Positions 12,501 to 26,014 of a DNA stretch of 64,000 nucleotides are shown piece after piece. Below the pieces are notes generated by a model. It had not been told where the DNA came from. It worked only from the letters and a program-made list of their open reading frames with translations, and made no database searches. Source of the stretch: Malacoraja senta (taxonomy: Eukaryota); NCBI GenBank assembly GCA_038087875.1, contig CM075994.1, positions 124,001 to 188,000 of the forward strand, written 5' to 3'. The position numbers and the translations under genes were made by a program. The stretch's first letter is position 1. Each line of letters opens with the position of its first letter.

Positions 12501-14789
12501 AGGGACACCATGCACATCAAAGGGAGATTCTGTGCCACTTTGCCGGGGTTATGTCCGAGCCCGGGTGATACTAGAGAGGGACTACGCACTGTCCACGGGC
12601 ACTCTGGGGGATTTCTGGGACCGCTGGGGACCGCGGGGATGGAATGTATCCACAATAAGAATTGTATTATAGTTATTTGATTGATTTAGTGCATAAGATA
12701 ATTTGGTGATTTTGTATTATGGTGGTGGGTGGATGTGTTACCACGGTTTTAGTTTGTAAATATTATTTTGTATCGTAACAGAATAAATTATTTTTGATTA
12801 AAAAAAGTGAGATTCTGTATAAAGTATCCTATGTATACAATGTCCTAGATTGCTCCGAGTGATCACTGCATTTGACACTCTTAAATCCACAACATGCTGG
12901 AGTAAATCAGCGAGACAGGCAGCATCCCTTGCGAGAAGGAATGGGTGACGTTTTGGGTCGACACCCTTCTGTAGCTTTCCCCTCTCTCTGCAGCGTTCAG
13001 CCCTTGGTACAAATTGCCTTTGGTATAAATGTAAATTGTCCCTAGTGTGTGGCGCATATTAGTGTGCGGGGATCGTTGGTCAGGACCAGTTTCCGCGTTG
13101 TATGATCTAAACTAAACTAAACTAAACTGAAGTTTGCAACTATGTATTTCTCATGGCCTTACACCTGATTCTATCTTTAGCCTGAGTCCAACACTCTGGC
13201 TATCAGGGAACCCCCTCGCCTGAGGTCATCTTTTGCCGGCCATGTTTACTCCGATCCTTCACTCTTCCAGCTTTCAGTCCTGCTCCCACCTCTGAAATGT
13301 CACCAACCCATTTCCTCCTGAGATGCTCCCTGACCCGCTGAGTAACTCCAGCATTTTGTGTATATCTCTGGTATACAGGGGAATGCAGGCCATTGAGTTC
13401 AATACACATTGATGTATACATTTGGGCAGCACAGCGGCAGAGTTGCTTCCTTAATGCGGCAGAGACCCGGGTTCGATCCTGACTATGGGTGCTGTCTGTA
13501 TGGAGTTTACACGTTCTCACGTGACCTGCGTGGGTTTATAGCAGGTGCTCCGGTTATCTCCCACACGCCAAAGACATGCAGGTCTGTAGGTTTATTGGCT
13601 TTGGTAAAAAAAGTAAAATTGCCTGCAGAATATTGTTAGCGTATGCGATAATCGCTGGTCGACTCGGTAGGCTAAAGGGCCAATATACGCACTGTATCTC
13701 TAAAGTCTAACCATCATCACCATTCTGGTGTCCATCTTACCCTTAAATATCCATCGTTCCCATTTCTAAGGAATATCTACCCCGTTAAGAATTTGTTCCA
13801 GTGATAAACCAATGTTTATGCTATTTCTGCTGCCTGCACAGCAGTGTTTACTGTAAATATATCGTGCTCTGTGTATATAAATTATTATATATAAATATGT
13901 GCTGTTGCCAAACCTGCCTAGGTTCCACTGAAGAAGGATCTCGCCCTGAATCGTCACCCATTCCTTCTCTCCAGAGATGCTGCCTGTCCCGCTGAGTTAC
14001 TCCAGCTATTGTGTCGATCTTAGGTTCCACTCTTCTCCCTCCTAGATCATGAACATCAATGAACAGTAAAGAATCAATTATGGGCGGCATGGTGGCGCAG
14101 CAGTAGAGCTACTGCCTTGCAGCGCCAGAGACCAGGATTCAATCACGACTACGGGTGCTGTCTGTAAATTCTTCCCGTTACCTGCGTGGGTTTTCTCCAA
14201 GTACTTCAGTTTCCTCCTACACTCCAGAGACGTGCAGGTTTGTAAGTTAATTTGCTTGGTATAAAATGTAAAATGGATAGAAATTGTGTGTAGGGTGGCC
14301 TTAATGTGTGGGGATCGCTGGTCGGTGTGGACTCGGTGGGCCGAAGGGCCTGTTTCCATGCTGAATCTCGAAACTAAACTATACTAAGCTGATCTTGGGG
14401 CAATCCACGACTTGCATCTTTTCAGCCTGAGAAAGACCAGTTTCTTCTGTTTTTATAACCCATGCTAACGCACTTTCCCAGATACCGTGACTTCTTATCT
14501 TGTGCAGGAAGGAACTGCAGATGCTGGTTCACAGCGAAGATAGACACAAAAGGGTGGAGTAACTCTACGGGACAGACAGCATCTCTGGATAGAAGGAATG
14601 GGTGACGTTTTGGGGCAAGACCCTTATTCGGATCTTGATCCATTCGGTCCATCTCTGCCATACAATCATGGCTGATCTATCTTTCCCTCTCAACCCCATC
14701 TTGTTCACCAGGCTTGTCACATCCCTTCAGAAAATGGTCCATCTTCTCTCGGGATCCCCTGTTTCCAGTTGGAATAACTTTCCGCGGAG

Positions 14790-16890
14790 TTTAGGTATGC
14801 AAAGAGGAAAACATTAGTTAAGACCAAAGTTGGACCCGTGAAGACTGAAAAGAGTGAATTTATTATGGGGAACAAGAAAATGGCAGATGAGTTGAACAGG
14901 TACTTCGGATCTGTCTTCACTAAGGAGGACACAAGCAATCTTCCTGATGTACAAGTGGGCAGAGGATCTGGGGTGACGGAGGAACTGAAGGAAATCCATA
15001 TTAGGCAGGAAATGGTGTTGGGTAGAATGATGGGATTGAAGGCTGATAAATCCCTAGGGCCTGATGGTCTGCATCCCAGGGTACTTAAGGAAGTGGCTCT
15101 GGAAATCATGGACGCATTGGTGATCATTTTTTAATGCCCAATACATTCAGTATCAGTTCCTGTGGATTGGAGGGTAGCTAATGTTATCCCACTTTTTAAG
15201 AAAGGCGGGAGAGAGAAAACGGAATTATAGACCAGCTAGTCTGACATCGGTGGTGGGAAAGATGCTGGAGTCAATCATAAAAGATAGCAGTAACAGAACC
15301 GGTCTGTCAGCGTGGATTTACAAAGAGGAAATCATGCTTGACTAATATTCTGAAAATTTTTGAGGATGTAACTAGGAAAATGGACAAGGGATAGCCAGTG
15401 GATGTAGTGTACCTGGACTTTCAGGACGCATTTGATAAGGTCACACATAGGATATTAGTGGGCAAAATTAGGGCACATGGTATTGGGGGTAGAGTGCTGG
15501 CAAGGATAAAAAAATTGGTTGGCAGACAAAAAACAAAGAGTAGGGATTAACGGGTCCCTTTCAGAATGGCAGACAGTGACTAGTGGGGTACCACAAGGCT
15601 CGGTACTGGGACCGCAGCTGTTTACAATATACATCAATGATTTACATGAATGGATTCAAAGTAACATTAGCAAATTTGCAGATGACACAAAGCTGGGTGG
15701 CAGTGTGAACTGTGAGGAGGATGCTATGAGAATTCAGGGTAACTTGGACAGGTTGGGTGAGTGGGTAGATGCATGGCAGAGGCGGTTTAATGTGGATAAA
15801 TGTGAGGTTATCCACTTTGGTAGCAAAAACAGGAAGGAAGATTATTATCTAAATGGTGTCAAGTTGGTAAAAGAGGAAGTACAATGGGATCTGGGGGTCC
15901 TTGTTCAGTCATTGAAAGTAAGCATGCAGGTACAACAGGGAGTGAAGAAAGCGAATGGCATGCTGGCCTTTATAACAAGAGGAGTTGAGTATAGGAGCAA
16001 AGAGGTCCTTCTGCCGTTGAATGGGGCCCTAGTGAGACCACACTTGGAGTATTGTGTGCAGTATTGGTCTCCAAATGTGAGGAAGGACATTCTTGTTATT
16101 GAGGGAGTGCAGCGTAGGTTCACAAGGTTAATTCCTGGGATGGCGGGACTGTCATATGCTGAGAGAATGGAGCGGCTGGGCTTGTATACTCTGGAAGGCA
16201 AGGTGTATGCCCATCGAGGTTGGATGCAGAGGTTTCGCAGGGCAATCGCTCTACAAAGCCTTGAGTGCACTGGGCATCAACGGAGTGGCGAGGAGAAGGA
16301 CCATCAAGAACACCACAGAGGCAGCGGAGAAGGCCTCGAGATGGCTCTGGATCAGGAGAGGAGGTCCATGGGGAGGAGCGAATGCCACCTGAACACAAGT
16401 CGTGGTCTGATCAACCACGGCTGGGTCGCCTGGGTGAGGGTGTCTGATGTTGAAAGACCCGAAACACCCAATGACCCCAGGTTACACCACTGATGATGTG
16501 TTCAGGAGCATCTATAGGTGTATTTGTATCAATTAAGGGTTTGGACATGCTAGAGGCAGGAAACATGTTCCCGATGTTGGGGGAGCTCAGAACCAGGGGC
16601 CACAGTTTAATAATAAGGGGTGAGCCATTTAGAACAGAGATGAGGAAACACTATTTCACACAGAGAGTTGTGAGTCTGTGAAATTCTCTGCCTCAAAGGG
16701 CAGTGGAGGCCGGTTCTGTGGATACTTTCAAGAGAGAGTTAGATAGAGCTCTTGAAGATAGCGGAGTCAGGGGATATGGGGAGAAGGCAGGAACGGGGTA
16801 CTGATTGGGGATGATCAGCCACGATCACATTGAATGGCGGTGCTGGCTTGAAGGGCCGAATGGCCTACTCCTGCACCTATTGTCTATTGT
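14790..16890 (+). mobile_element. CR1 LINE (RT through 3' end), degenerate, interrupted by a Hero fragment
   Basis: GPDGLHPRVLKE, GVPQGSVLGP, FADDTKL, LVRPHLEYCVQ, CR1 3' UTR. Confidence 0.9.
16192..16530 (+). mobile_element. Hero (R2-group) retrotransposon 3' end inserted in the CR1
   Basis: WKARCMPIEVGCRGFAGQS...AAEKASRWLWIRR C-terminus plus structured 3' UTR; CR1 resumes after a short deletion. Confidence 0.75.
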
Positions 16891-19334
16891 GTACTGAGTG
16901 AAATGAAAAGGTTGTTTAAATATCTGCCATATATTGAACTGCTGCATTACTTAGTGTAGTGGCCATTTGGCTTTATTTAGTGTGTCATTAATTATGGCAT
17001 TTTCCTTTAAATTTTAGTCTGCCCGTAATTATGTGGGTGGGATTTATTACGTAGTCAGTGGTGTGTTTGCTGCTGGGCTTTTTGCGCTGAAGCTGTTTTC
17101 TAGTTAGTTTAGTTCGGAGCTACGTGGCTGAAGGTATAACTTTTTGACCATTAGAGTTTTCTAATGTTTCTAAGCCTTCCCTCACAGTGGGAAACTTTTA
17201 TTCCACTGTGTGGGGATGTTTATGTTAAAGACTATCATGTTCTGTGTTGTTTTTTTATTTGTATGGCTGTATGGTGACCCCAAATTTCACTGTACCAATT
17301 GGTGCATGTGACAATAAATGTCTCTTGTCTCTTGTCTCAATAAGCTGAAGTTTGACAAAGTTTAAAATAGTAAGATTAAACGAGAACTTACCAGTTTGAA
17401 GTTTGATCTGTATTTTATGAGGTTACGATGAGGGATTACGTGAAGAGCCCGTCCAGCACGCATGCGCGACATTCTTCAAAGCAGCGGTGTGGAATCACAG
17501 GAAACACAACAATTGAAATAAACATAGTAAAGAAAAGGAGAACTGAGATACTAGTTGATCTCTATATTTGAGGGTGGGAGCGGAGGGCATGTAATCCCTC
17601 ATCGTAACTCCTCATAAAATACAGATCAAACTTCAAACTGGTAAGTTCTCGTTTAATCTTACTATTTTACTTCGGAGTCACGTGAGTGACTACGTGAAGA
17701 TTTTAAAGCTCTGTGATTTCAAACCGTGTAACAGTTCATACTTCACTCGCTGCCGAAGTGTTTCAAGGGAGGAAGTATGTTATCGTAATCAACCATGAAT
17801 CTGTTTGTAAACAATAATGGTATTTATTAAACAATAACAAAAGAAAAATGCTCCCCCGGGCTTAAATTATATATTTGCAGATTCTAAAATTCTTTCTGCA
17901 AATAACACGGGTTCTGCTAGCGTCTTGTTGTAGAACGTTTGGAACGTTTTCTCCATGGACCACCCCGCTGTAGCCAGGATGTGGTTCAGTGGTACGTCCA
18001 TCCTTTTAGCCGCCGATGTGGATGCTGCCCTAGTGGAGTGAGATGTATATATGTCAGTATCTACTCCAGCAGCTCGCAGTACCTGCTTTAGCCACCTTGA
18101 GATGGTTTGGCTCGACACCCGACCATGTGGTTGCTTGTGGCTGGCCCATAAGGCTTTTTCTCTCCCTCGGGAATCTCTTGTTGTGTTGATGTAAGTCAGT
18201 AGGTGAGTCATGACACACATCCGCGAGTCAGGTGGGTATGCCCGGAAATCCATAACTAGGCCTGAAGTTCCTGGCCTGCTCTGCTTTACCAGCTCCTGAA
18301 TGGTGAATGATACCCGGTCTGGTGTTATAACCATGTTGTCCAGTCGCAGTAAGTAGAGGGACTGGACTTTGTGCTGAGACTAGTGCCATCAGCATGACCG
18401 TTTTCAGGGTTTGCTGTTCCAGAGTGAGAGACCTGGCTGGTGACCATCCCCTTAGGTATGTCAGGACCACACTGACATCCCAGATTCTGGTGTACCTAGG
18501 TCTAGGGGGGTTGGAGTTGAATATACCCCTCATGAGTTTAATCACCAGCGGGTGAGATCCTATAGCCTGTTGTCCTGGTACTTGTTTTAAATAGGCTGAC
18601 AGAGCACTTCTGGCAGTATTGATGGCACTGTAGCTCAATCCTTCATTATGGTGAAGGCCAGCCAGGAACTCCAGTAGATTGGTTATGGTTGCAGATGAGT
18701 ACGTTGTCCCAGTAGTCGAGCAGTATCTTTCCCACTTCCTGATGCTCGATAGGTATTGTTTCCTGGTGGACATACGGTGTCATCGTGTTGATGGTCCTGT
18801 CAGACAACCCCAGGCCCAGCAGTGGTCTTTTCATAACCTGCAACCCAGTAGGTTAATTTTGTCATGGCATGGATGACTTATGGGTGAGTCAATAGGTCTG
18901 GGCTACTGGGGAAGGTCATAGGAGTTTCAATGACCATGTCGAGGACCACTGGGAACCATGGCTGTGTAGGCCAGTCGGGTACTATCAATTTACCTGAAGC
19001 AGAGTCCATCTGTATTTTGCGTAGTACCCTACTGATGAGGCAGAAGGGGGGGAAAGCATAAAATAAATAGTTTCCCCAGTTCAGCGCGAATGCATCTATC
19101 GCTGCTGCCTCAGGGTCTGGTTCCCAAGCGACATACATTGGTACCTGGTGATTTAGTCTGGATGCAAAGAGATCGATATCTGGTGTGCCATATTGCTTTG
19201 TAATTTTAGCAAAAGCTCTAGGATTTAACATCCATTCGGTGTTATCATTGAATTTGCGTGACCTGGTGTCTGCCACTGTATTTAGCTTACCTGGTAGGTA
19301 AGTTGCTGATAGCCAAATATGTCTATCGACACAC

Positions 19335-20898
19335 ATGAGGGAAGTTAGTGTAGAAATAGCAGGGGCTATGACAGAAATATTTCAAATGTCATTAGAAACG
19401 GGAATAGTGCCGGAGGATTGGCGTACTGCGCATGTTGTTCCATTGTTTAAAAAGGGTTCTAAGAGTAAACCTAGCAATTATAGACCTGTTAGTTTGACGT
19501 CAGTGGTGGGCAAATTAATGGAAAGGATACTTAACAATAATATATATAAGCATCTGGATAAGCAGGGTCTGATTAGGAACAGTCAACATGGATTTGTGCC
19601 TGGAAGGTCATGTTTGACCAATCTTCTAGAATTTTTCGAAGAGGTTACTAGGGAAATTAATGAGGGTAAAGCAGTGGATGTTGTCTATATGGACTTCAGT
19701 AAGGCCTTTGACAAGGTTCCTCATGGAAGGTTGGTTAAGAAGATTAAATTGTTGGGTATTAATGGTGGAGTAGCAAGCTGGATCAACAGTGGCTGAATGG
19801 GAGATGCCAGAGAGTAATGGTGGATGGCTGTTTGTCAGGTTGGAGGCCGGTGACTAGAGGGGTGCCTCAGGGGTCTGTGTTGGGTCCACTGTTGTTTGTC
19901 ATGTACATCAATGATTTGGATGATGGTGTGAAAAATTGGATTAGTAAGTATGCAGATGAACTTAAGATAGATGGTGTGGTGGATAATTAAGTAGATTTTC
20001 AAAGTCTACAGAGAGATTTGGGCCATTTGGAAGAGTGGGCTGAAAGATGGCAGATGGAGTTTAATGCTGATAAATGTGAGGTACTACATCTCGGCAGGAC
20101 AAATCAAAATAGGACATACATGGTAAACAGTAGTGAATTGAGGAATGCAGTTGAACAGAGGGATCTAGGAATAACAGTGCATAGTTCCCTGAAGGTGGAA
20201 TCTCATGTAGATAGGGTGGTAAAGAAAGCTTTTGGGGTGCTGGCCTTTATAAATCAGAGCATTGAATATAGAAGTTGGGATGTAATGTTAAAATTGTACA
20301 AGGCATTGGTGAGGCCAATTCTGGAGTATGGAGTACAATTTTGGTCGCCTAATTATAGGAAGGATGTCAACAAAATAGAGAGAGTACAGAGGAGATTTAC
20401 TAGAATGTTGCCTGGGTTTCAGCAACTAAGTTACAGAGAAAGGTTGAACAAGTTAGGTCTTTATTCTTTGGAGCGCAGAAGGTTAAGAGGGGACTTGATA
20501 GAGGTCTTTAAAATTATGAGCGGGTTAGACAGAGTTCACGTGGATAAGCTTTTTCCATTGAGAGTAGGGAAGATTGAAACAAGGGGACATGACTTGAGAA
20601 TTAAGGTACAGAAGTTTAGGGGTAACATTAGGGGGAACTTCTTTGCTCAGAGAGTGGTAGCTGTGTGGAATGAGCTTCCAGTGGAAGTGGTGGAGGCTGG
20701 TTCGATTTTATCCTTTAAAAATAGATTGGATGGGTATATGGACGTGAAAGGAATGGAGGGTTATGGTCTGAGTGCAGGTAGATGGGACTAGGGAGAAGTA
20801 TTTTTTTTTTTTTTTAAATTAAAAAAAAATTGTTCGTCACGGACTTGAAGGGCCGAGATGGCCTGTTTCCGTGCTGTAATATGTAATATGGTTATATG
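19335..20898 (+). mobile_element. CR1 LINE, 5'-truncated, inserted in DIRS with a 7-bp TSD
   Basis: RT ORFs 19335-19796 and 20018-20791; GACACAC at 19328-19334 and 20899-20905. Confidence 0.92.
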
Positions 20899-22068
20899 GA
20901 CACACCATTGCCAGATTTTGTTGACCAAATTGTCACATGATATCGATTTTATTCCGCCCATATGGTTAATATAGGCCAACACCATGGTATTATCAATTTG
21001 TAAACGAACATGCAAATGGTGCATATCCGTAGAATATGCTTTTAAACCATAAAACGCACCCAACATTTGCAAGTAATTTATGCCCAGTGTTTGTAGTAAA
21101 GATGATTCTAGGTAGTCCATCTACCACCTGTGCTGGATATGGTATTAGTTGCTCCCCAGCCTTGAGCACTGGCATCTGTTTGTATAATTAATGTTGGGTT
21201 ATTGATGATGATAGGGCTGGAACTATGCCAAATGTGTTCTATCCACCATTGTAACTCTGATATTGCTTCAATGGGTAATTTCATGGTTCGGTCAAAGTGA
21301 CCTGCATGTTGTTTCAACGGCTGTACATTTGTCCTTTGTAGGTTCTGATAGTGCCGGGGTCCAAATTGTGTAGCTGGAAATGCTGCTACCATTTTGCCAA
21401 TTACTCTTGCCACTTGTCGGATGGTTGGTCGATGGCTAACCATTAAATTGTTGCACGTCTGTGCCAATTCTGCTGCTTTACCTTTTGGCAACGTTACAGA
21501 CATGTGGACTGAGTTAATTGTGAATCCCAGATAGTCCATAGTTGTGGATGGCGTCAACTTAGATTTATCTGGATGTATGACAAATCCCAGGGTTTCAAAC
21601 AATTGTTTGGTAGCTAATACAGCTGATTTCTACTCCATGGTGTTGCCTACTATTAGGACATCATCAAGGTATGCCATGACAATATGTCTTTGTTTTCTTA
21701 ATGTTGCCAAGGCTGGTTTTAATATCTTGGTAAATAGTCTAGGGGCTGATGTTAACCCATTAGGCAACGCTTTATACTGCCATAGTTGCCCCATCCAGGT
21801 AAATTTCAGGTATCTGCGATGACCCTTATGAATGGGTACTGAATAGTAGGCATCTTTTAAATCAATGCTTGCCATAAAGTATACTTTGGAAATCAGTTGT
21901 TTGGCAGTTACAAATGTTTCCATTTTGAAATGTACATACTTAACAAAGGTATTTAGCGAGGTTAAGTCAATGATGATGCGACATCCACCATCTTTTTTGC
22001 TTTTGGTAAATATATTTGAGACAAATTCCAAAGGTTCATGTTTGGATTTCTCAATGACACCCTTTGTA

Positions 22069-25000
22069 GGGGAGATCAATAATATGCCAATTACGCTGGT
22101 AAACATATATGCGCCCAACTTTGATAACCCTCAATTTTTTAATAAAATTCTGAATATAATTGCAGAATCTAATTATCAAAATGTTATAATCGGAGGAGAT
22201 TTTAATTGTGTTTTAGATCCTTATTTAGATAAATCGATGCAAAAACAAAAAGGTCAGACGAAATCTAAAACCAGTGAACTCTTACACACATATATGGAAA
22301 ACACAAATATAACAGATGTATGGAGGATTGCAAACCCGACGGGAAGGGATTACTCGTTTTATTCAATGGTGCATAAAACATATTCACGGATAGACTATTT
22401 TCTTGTGGATACAAAATTAATTCCGCAATCTCTGAATCCTAAATATCATATTAATGCGATCTCAGATCATTCTCCGTTAACTTTTGTTCTAAAACTAGAA
22501 GGAATGTCTATGAATAAACCGTTCTGGAGGTTTAATTCACAAATTTTAAAAGACCCTCAAGGGAGTATCTATCTAAAAAAACAGATGGATCTATTTTTTG
22601 AGTTAAATGATACACCAGAGATATCCCCCACGTTATTATGGGAATCCTTCAAAGCATTTATAAGAGGAGTCATTATTTCATTTCAAGCTTATCAAAATAA
22701 AAAGAATAAGAATGAACAAAGACACTTAGAAGATCAAATAAAACAGTTAGATATAGATAATGCTAAAGACCCAACTATGGATAAACATAATAAAATACTA
22801 CTACTGAAATTTCAGTTAAATAAATTACTGTCAGAGAAAGTTATAACATTATTTCAAATCACAAAACAAGAACACTTCGAATTCGGGGACAAACCCCACA
22901 AACTTCTAGCACGACAACTTAAAAAACGGGAAAAAGAGAATGCAATATTAAAGATTAAATCAGATAGAGGGGAAGTATTAACACTACCCAAGGATATTAA
23001 TAAAAGATTTGCTCAATTTTACCAGAATCTATACACATCTAAAACGTCAATAGACAATAATAAAATCTCAGAATTTTTAGATAATTGTAATCTACCACAA
23101 TTAGAACGCAGGGAACAAGAGGAACTGGGAGCACAAATTACTTCTAAGGAGATAGAAGACACAATAAAAACACTAAAAAATGGAAAAACACCAGGACCAG
23201 ACGGATTCAGTAATGAATTTTATAAATCTTTTTATGATATAGTTACTCCACGATTACAAAAAATGTATACATATGCTTATAAAGAGCAAAACCTACCTGA
23301 AACACTAGCAGAATCAACGATCATATTAATACTTAAAAAAGATAAAAATATAGAAGAACCAGGATCATATAGAGCTATTGCTTTGTTAAATACGGATCAG
23401 AAAATAATAGCAAAAACATTAGCCAATAGATTAAGCAAGTATGTTAGTAGACTAATACATGAGGATCAAACAGGATTTATACCTAAGAGACACTCATTTA
23501 ATAATTTGAGACGTTTGCTTAACATAATGCATTCACATAAATCTTATGACCAAGAGTTAGCTATCATCTCACTGGACGCAGAAAAAGCGTTTGATCAAGT
23601 AGAATGGGACTATATGATCAAAGTATTGCAAAAATTCCAATTGGGAGAAAACTTTATTGCATGGATAAAACTACTATATAACAAACCTACGGCTAGAATA
23701 CTAACTAATAATATATTATCTTCAAAATTCGAATTATCTAGGGGCAACAGACAAGGATGTTCACTATCACCGCTGTTATTTGCTTTGGTAATTGAACCCC
23801 TTGCTGAAAAAATAAGAACACACTCGAATATTCACGGTTATAACACAAAATATTCAAACAACAAACTATCCCTATATGCTGATGATGTACTACTGTACAT
23901 CACAAAACCACAAATTAGTATACCAAATATATTAAACTTAATTGAGGACTTTGGATCCTTTTCAGGATATAGAATAAATTGGAACAAAAGTGAAATTATG
24001 TCGATTAAACCAAAAGACTCAACACATCTCAGGAAATTCCCTTTTAAAATAGCTATGGAAAAATTCAAATATTTAGGAATTGAGATTACTAGAAATTACC
24101 ATGATATGTTTAAAGCTAATTATAATCCCCTACTTAAGAAATTAAATAATTTGATTAAATTTTGGAAAACACTTCCGATGTCCTTAATAGGTAGGATAAA
24201 TGCTATAAAAATGATTTTCTTACCACAAATCCTTTACCTATTTCAATCAATACCTATATATCTCCCAAAAAAGTTTTTCAAAAAACTGGACTCAGACATT
24301 ACAAATTTTATATGGGATTACAAATCCCACAGAATACAAAGAACACACCTTAACAAACGAAAAGAGTTGGGGGGTCTAGCGCTCCCTAACTTTATGTATT
24401 ATAACTGGGCAGTAAATATTAAAAATATGATTCACCTGCTGGACAATTCTGCCCAGCAGGTGGACTGGATTATAATGGAAAAAGGGGATTGCTCCCCGAA
24501 TAATATAGGAGCGATTATTCTCTCTCCAATAAATTTGAATAATAAAAATTATAATAAAAATCCAATTATATATAGCACTATTAGAACATGGAAGCAAATA
24601 AAACAGAATCTAAAATTAAGAAACCTATCTCTCTTAATACCAATAGTCAATAACCCATCGTTTAAACCTTCAATCATAGATAAATCATTTATACAATGGG
24701 AAAGAATGGGAATCAAAACGCTCGAAGATCTGTATGAATTAGAAAAATTACTATCATTTCAACAACTACAACTGAAATATAATTTGAAAAATAATCAATA
24801 TTTTAAATATCTACAAATCTGTGACTATTTGAAAACACACACAAAAGATTATTATAATATGCCTTCCGACTTACTAGATGAAGCAATGAAGACAAAGGCG
24901 GAATCAGTTAATTTAATATCATACTTATATAATATCATCTTAAACATAGAAATACCCACAACAGATGGAATTAGAAGAGATTGGGAACAAGATCTAGGTA

Positions 25001-25976
25001 TAAAAATTTCAAAAGAGAGTTGGGATAATCATTTATTACAGGTGCATAAATGCTCGATCAACGTACGACATACGCTTATCCAATTTAAAACATTACATAG
25101 ATTATATTATTCAAAAACCAAACTAAATAAAATCTTTCCTAACGTCTCACCAATCTGTGATAAATGTATATGTCAAGAAGCTACCATAGCACATTCTTTT
25201 GTTTTTTGTACAAAAATCCAAAAATTCTGGTTTGAAATATTTGATATTTTTTCAAAATTAATCAAAATAAAACTGGTACCAAAACCAGAATGGATTATTT
25301 TTGGAATATCGGAAGGTATTCCTGAATTAAACGTGTATCAGAAGAATTTACTCAATTATGGGCTAATAATGGGAAAAAAGCTTATACTTAAATTCTGGAA
25401 AAATGCGCCCACACCAACAATAAAAATGTGGACATCAAATATGTTGGAAACATTACATCTGGAAGAGATGAGATTCCTCCTAGTAGGCAAAGTAGACCAA
25501 TTTCAAAAGACGTGGTCTACGTTTTTGGACCTATTACAAGCATGAGGTGCAATAGTAATTTAGAAAAACAAATAAATAAATAAAAGGTATCTGGACCTGG
25601 TAATGGGAGGTAAAACAAAAACAGACTTGGTTGGTAGTTCCTTCTCTATGAAGTATGTTATAAGAGTTATAATAGAGCGATTGTTCCTTCTTTCTTTCTC
25701 TTTCTTTTCTAGGGTCTATTTTCTAACTTTACTTCCTTCTCTAACTTCTTTTCTAAGGGGCTTTCTTTTCCCAACACTCTTTTGCACTTCACAACCTTTG
25801 CGCACTTTCTTCACTTTTCTTACTTCTTTCTTTTTCTTTCTTAAAGTTTAAAAAAGTGAAGCGGTACAAAAAATGTATTAATATATACGTGTTGTACATT
25901 ACTGTAATCTACCGTACTTCTATTAAAAAAAATATTTTTAAAAAAAAAGTATATTAAAAAAAAAAGATAAAAATAA

Positions 25977-26011
<35 letters not shown>
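22069..26011 (+). mobile_element. L1 LINE, 5'-truncated within the endonuclease, with an uninterrupted ORF2 remainder and poly(A), inserted in the DIRS RT
   Basis: LVNIYAPN, GGDFN, SRIDY, SDH, PGPDGF, LDAEKAFD, RQGCSLSP, YADD and a CCHC-like C-terminus; stop at 25545; long A tail. Confidence 0.95.

Positions 26012-26014
<3 letters not shown>

Noticed and set aside
15519..16493. CR1 RT with a novel C-terminal extension
   Set aside because: The extension is an out-of-frame read through the inserted Hero fragment
18878..19336. Adenine methyltransferase-like ORF as a horizontally acquired gene
   Set aside because: Standard MT domain of DIRS1 elements, in its usual position
21865..22068. N-terminal 68 aa of the 1226-aa ORF as a novel L1 domain
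   Set aside because: It is the antisense strand of the DIRS RT, open by chance; the L1 starts at about 22069
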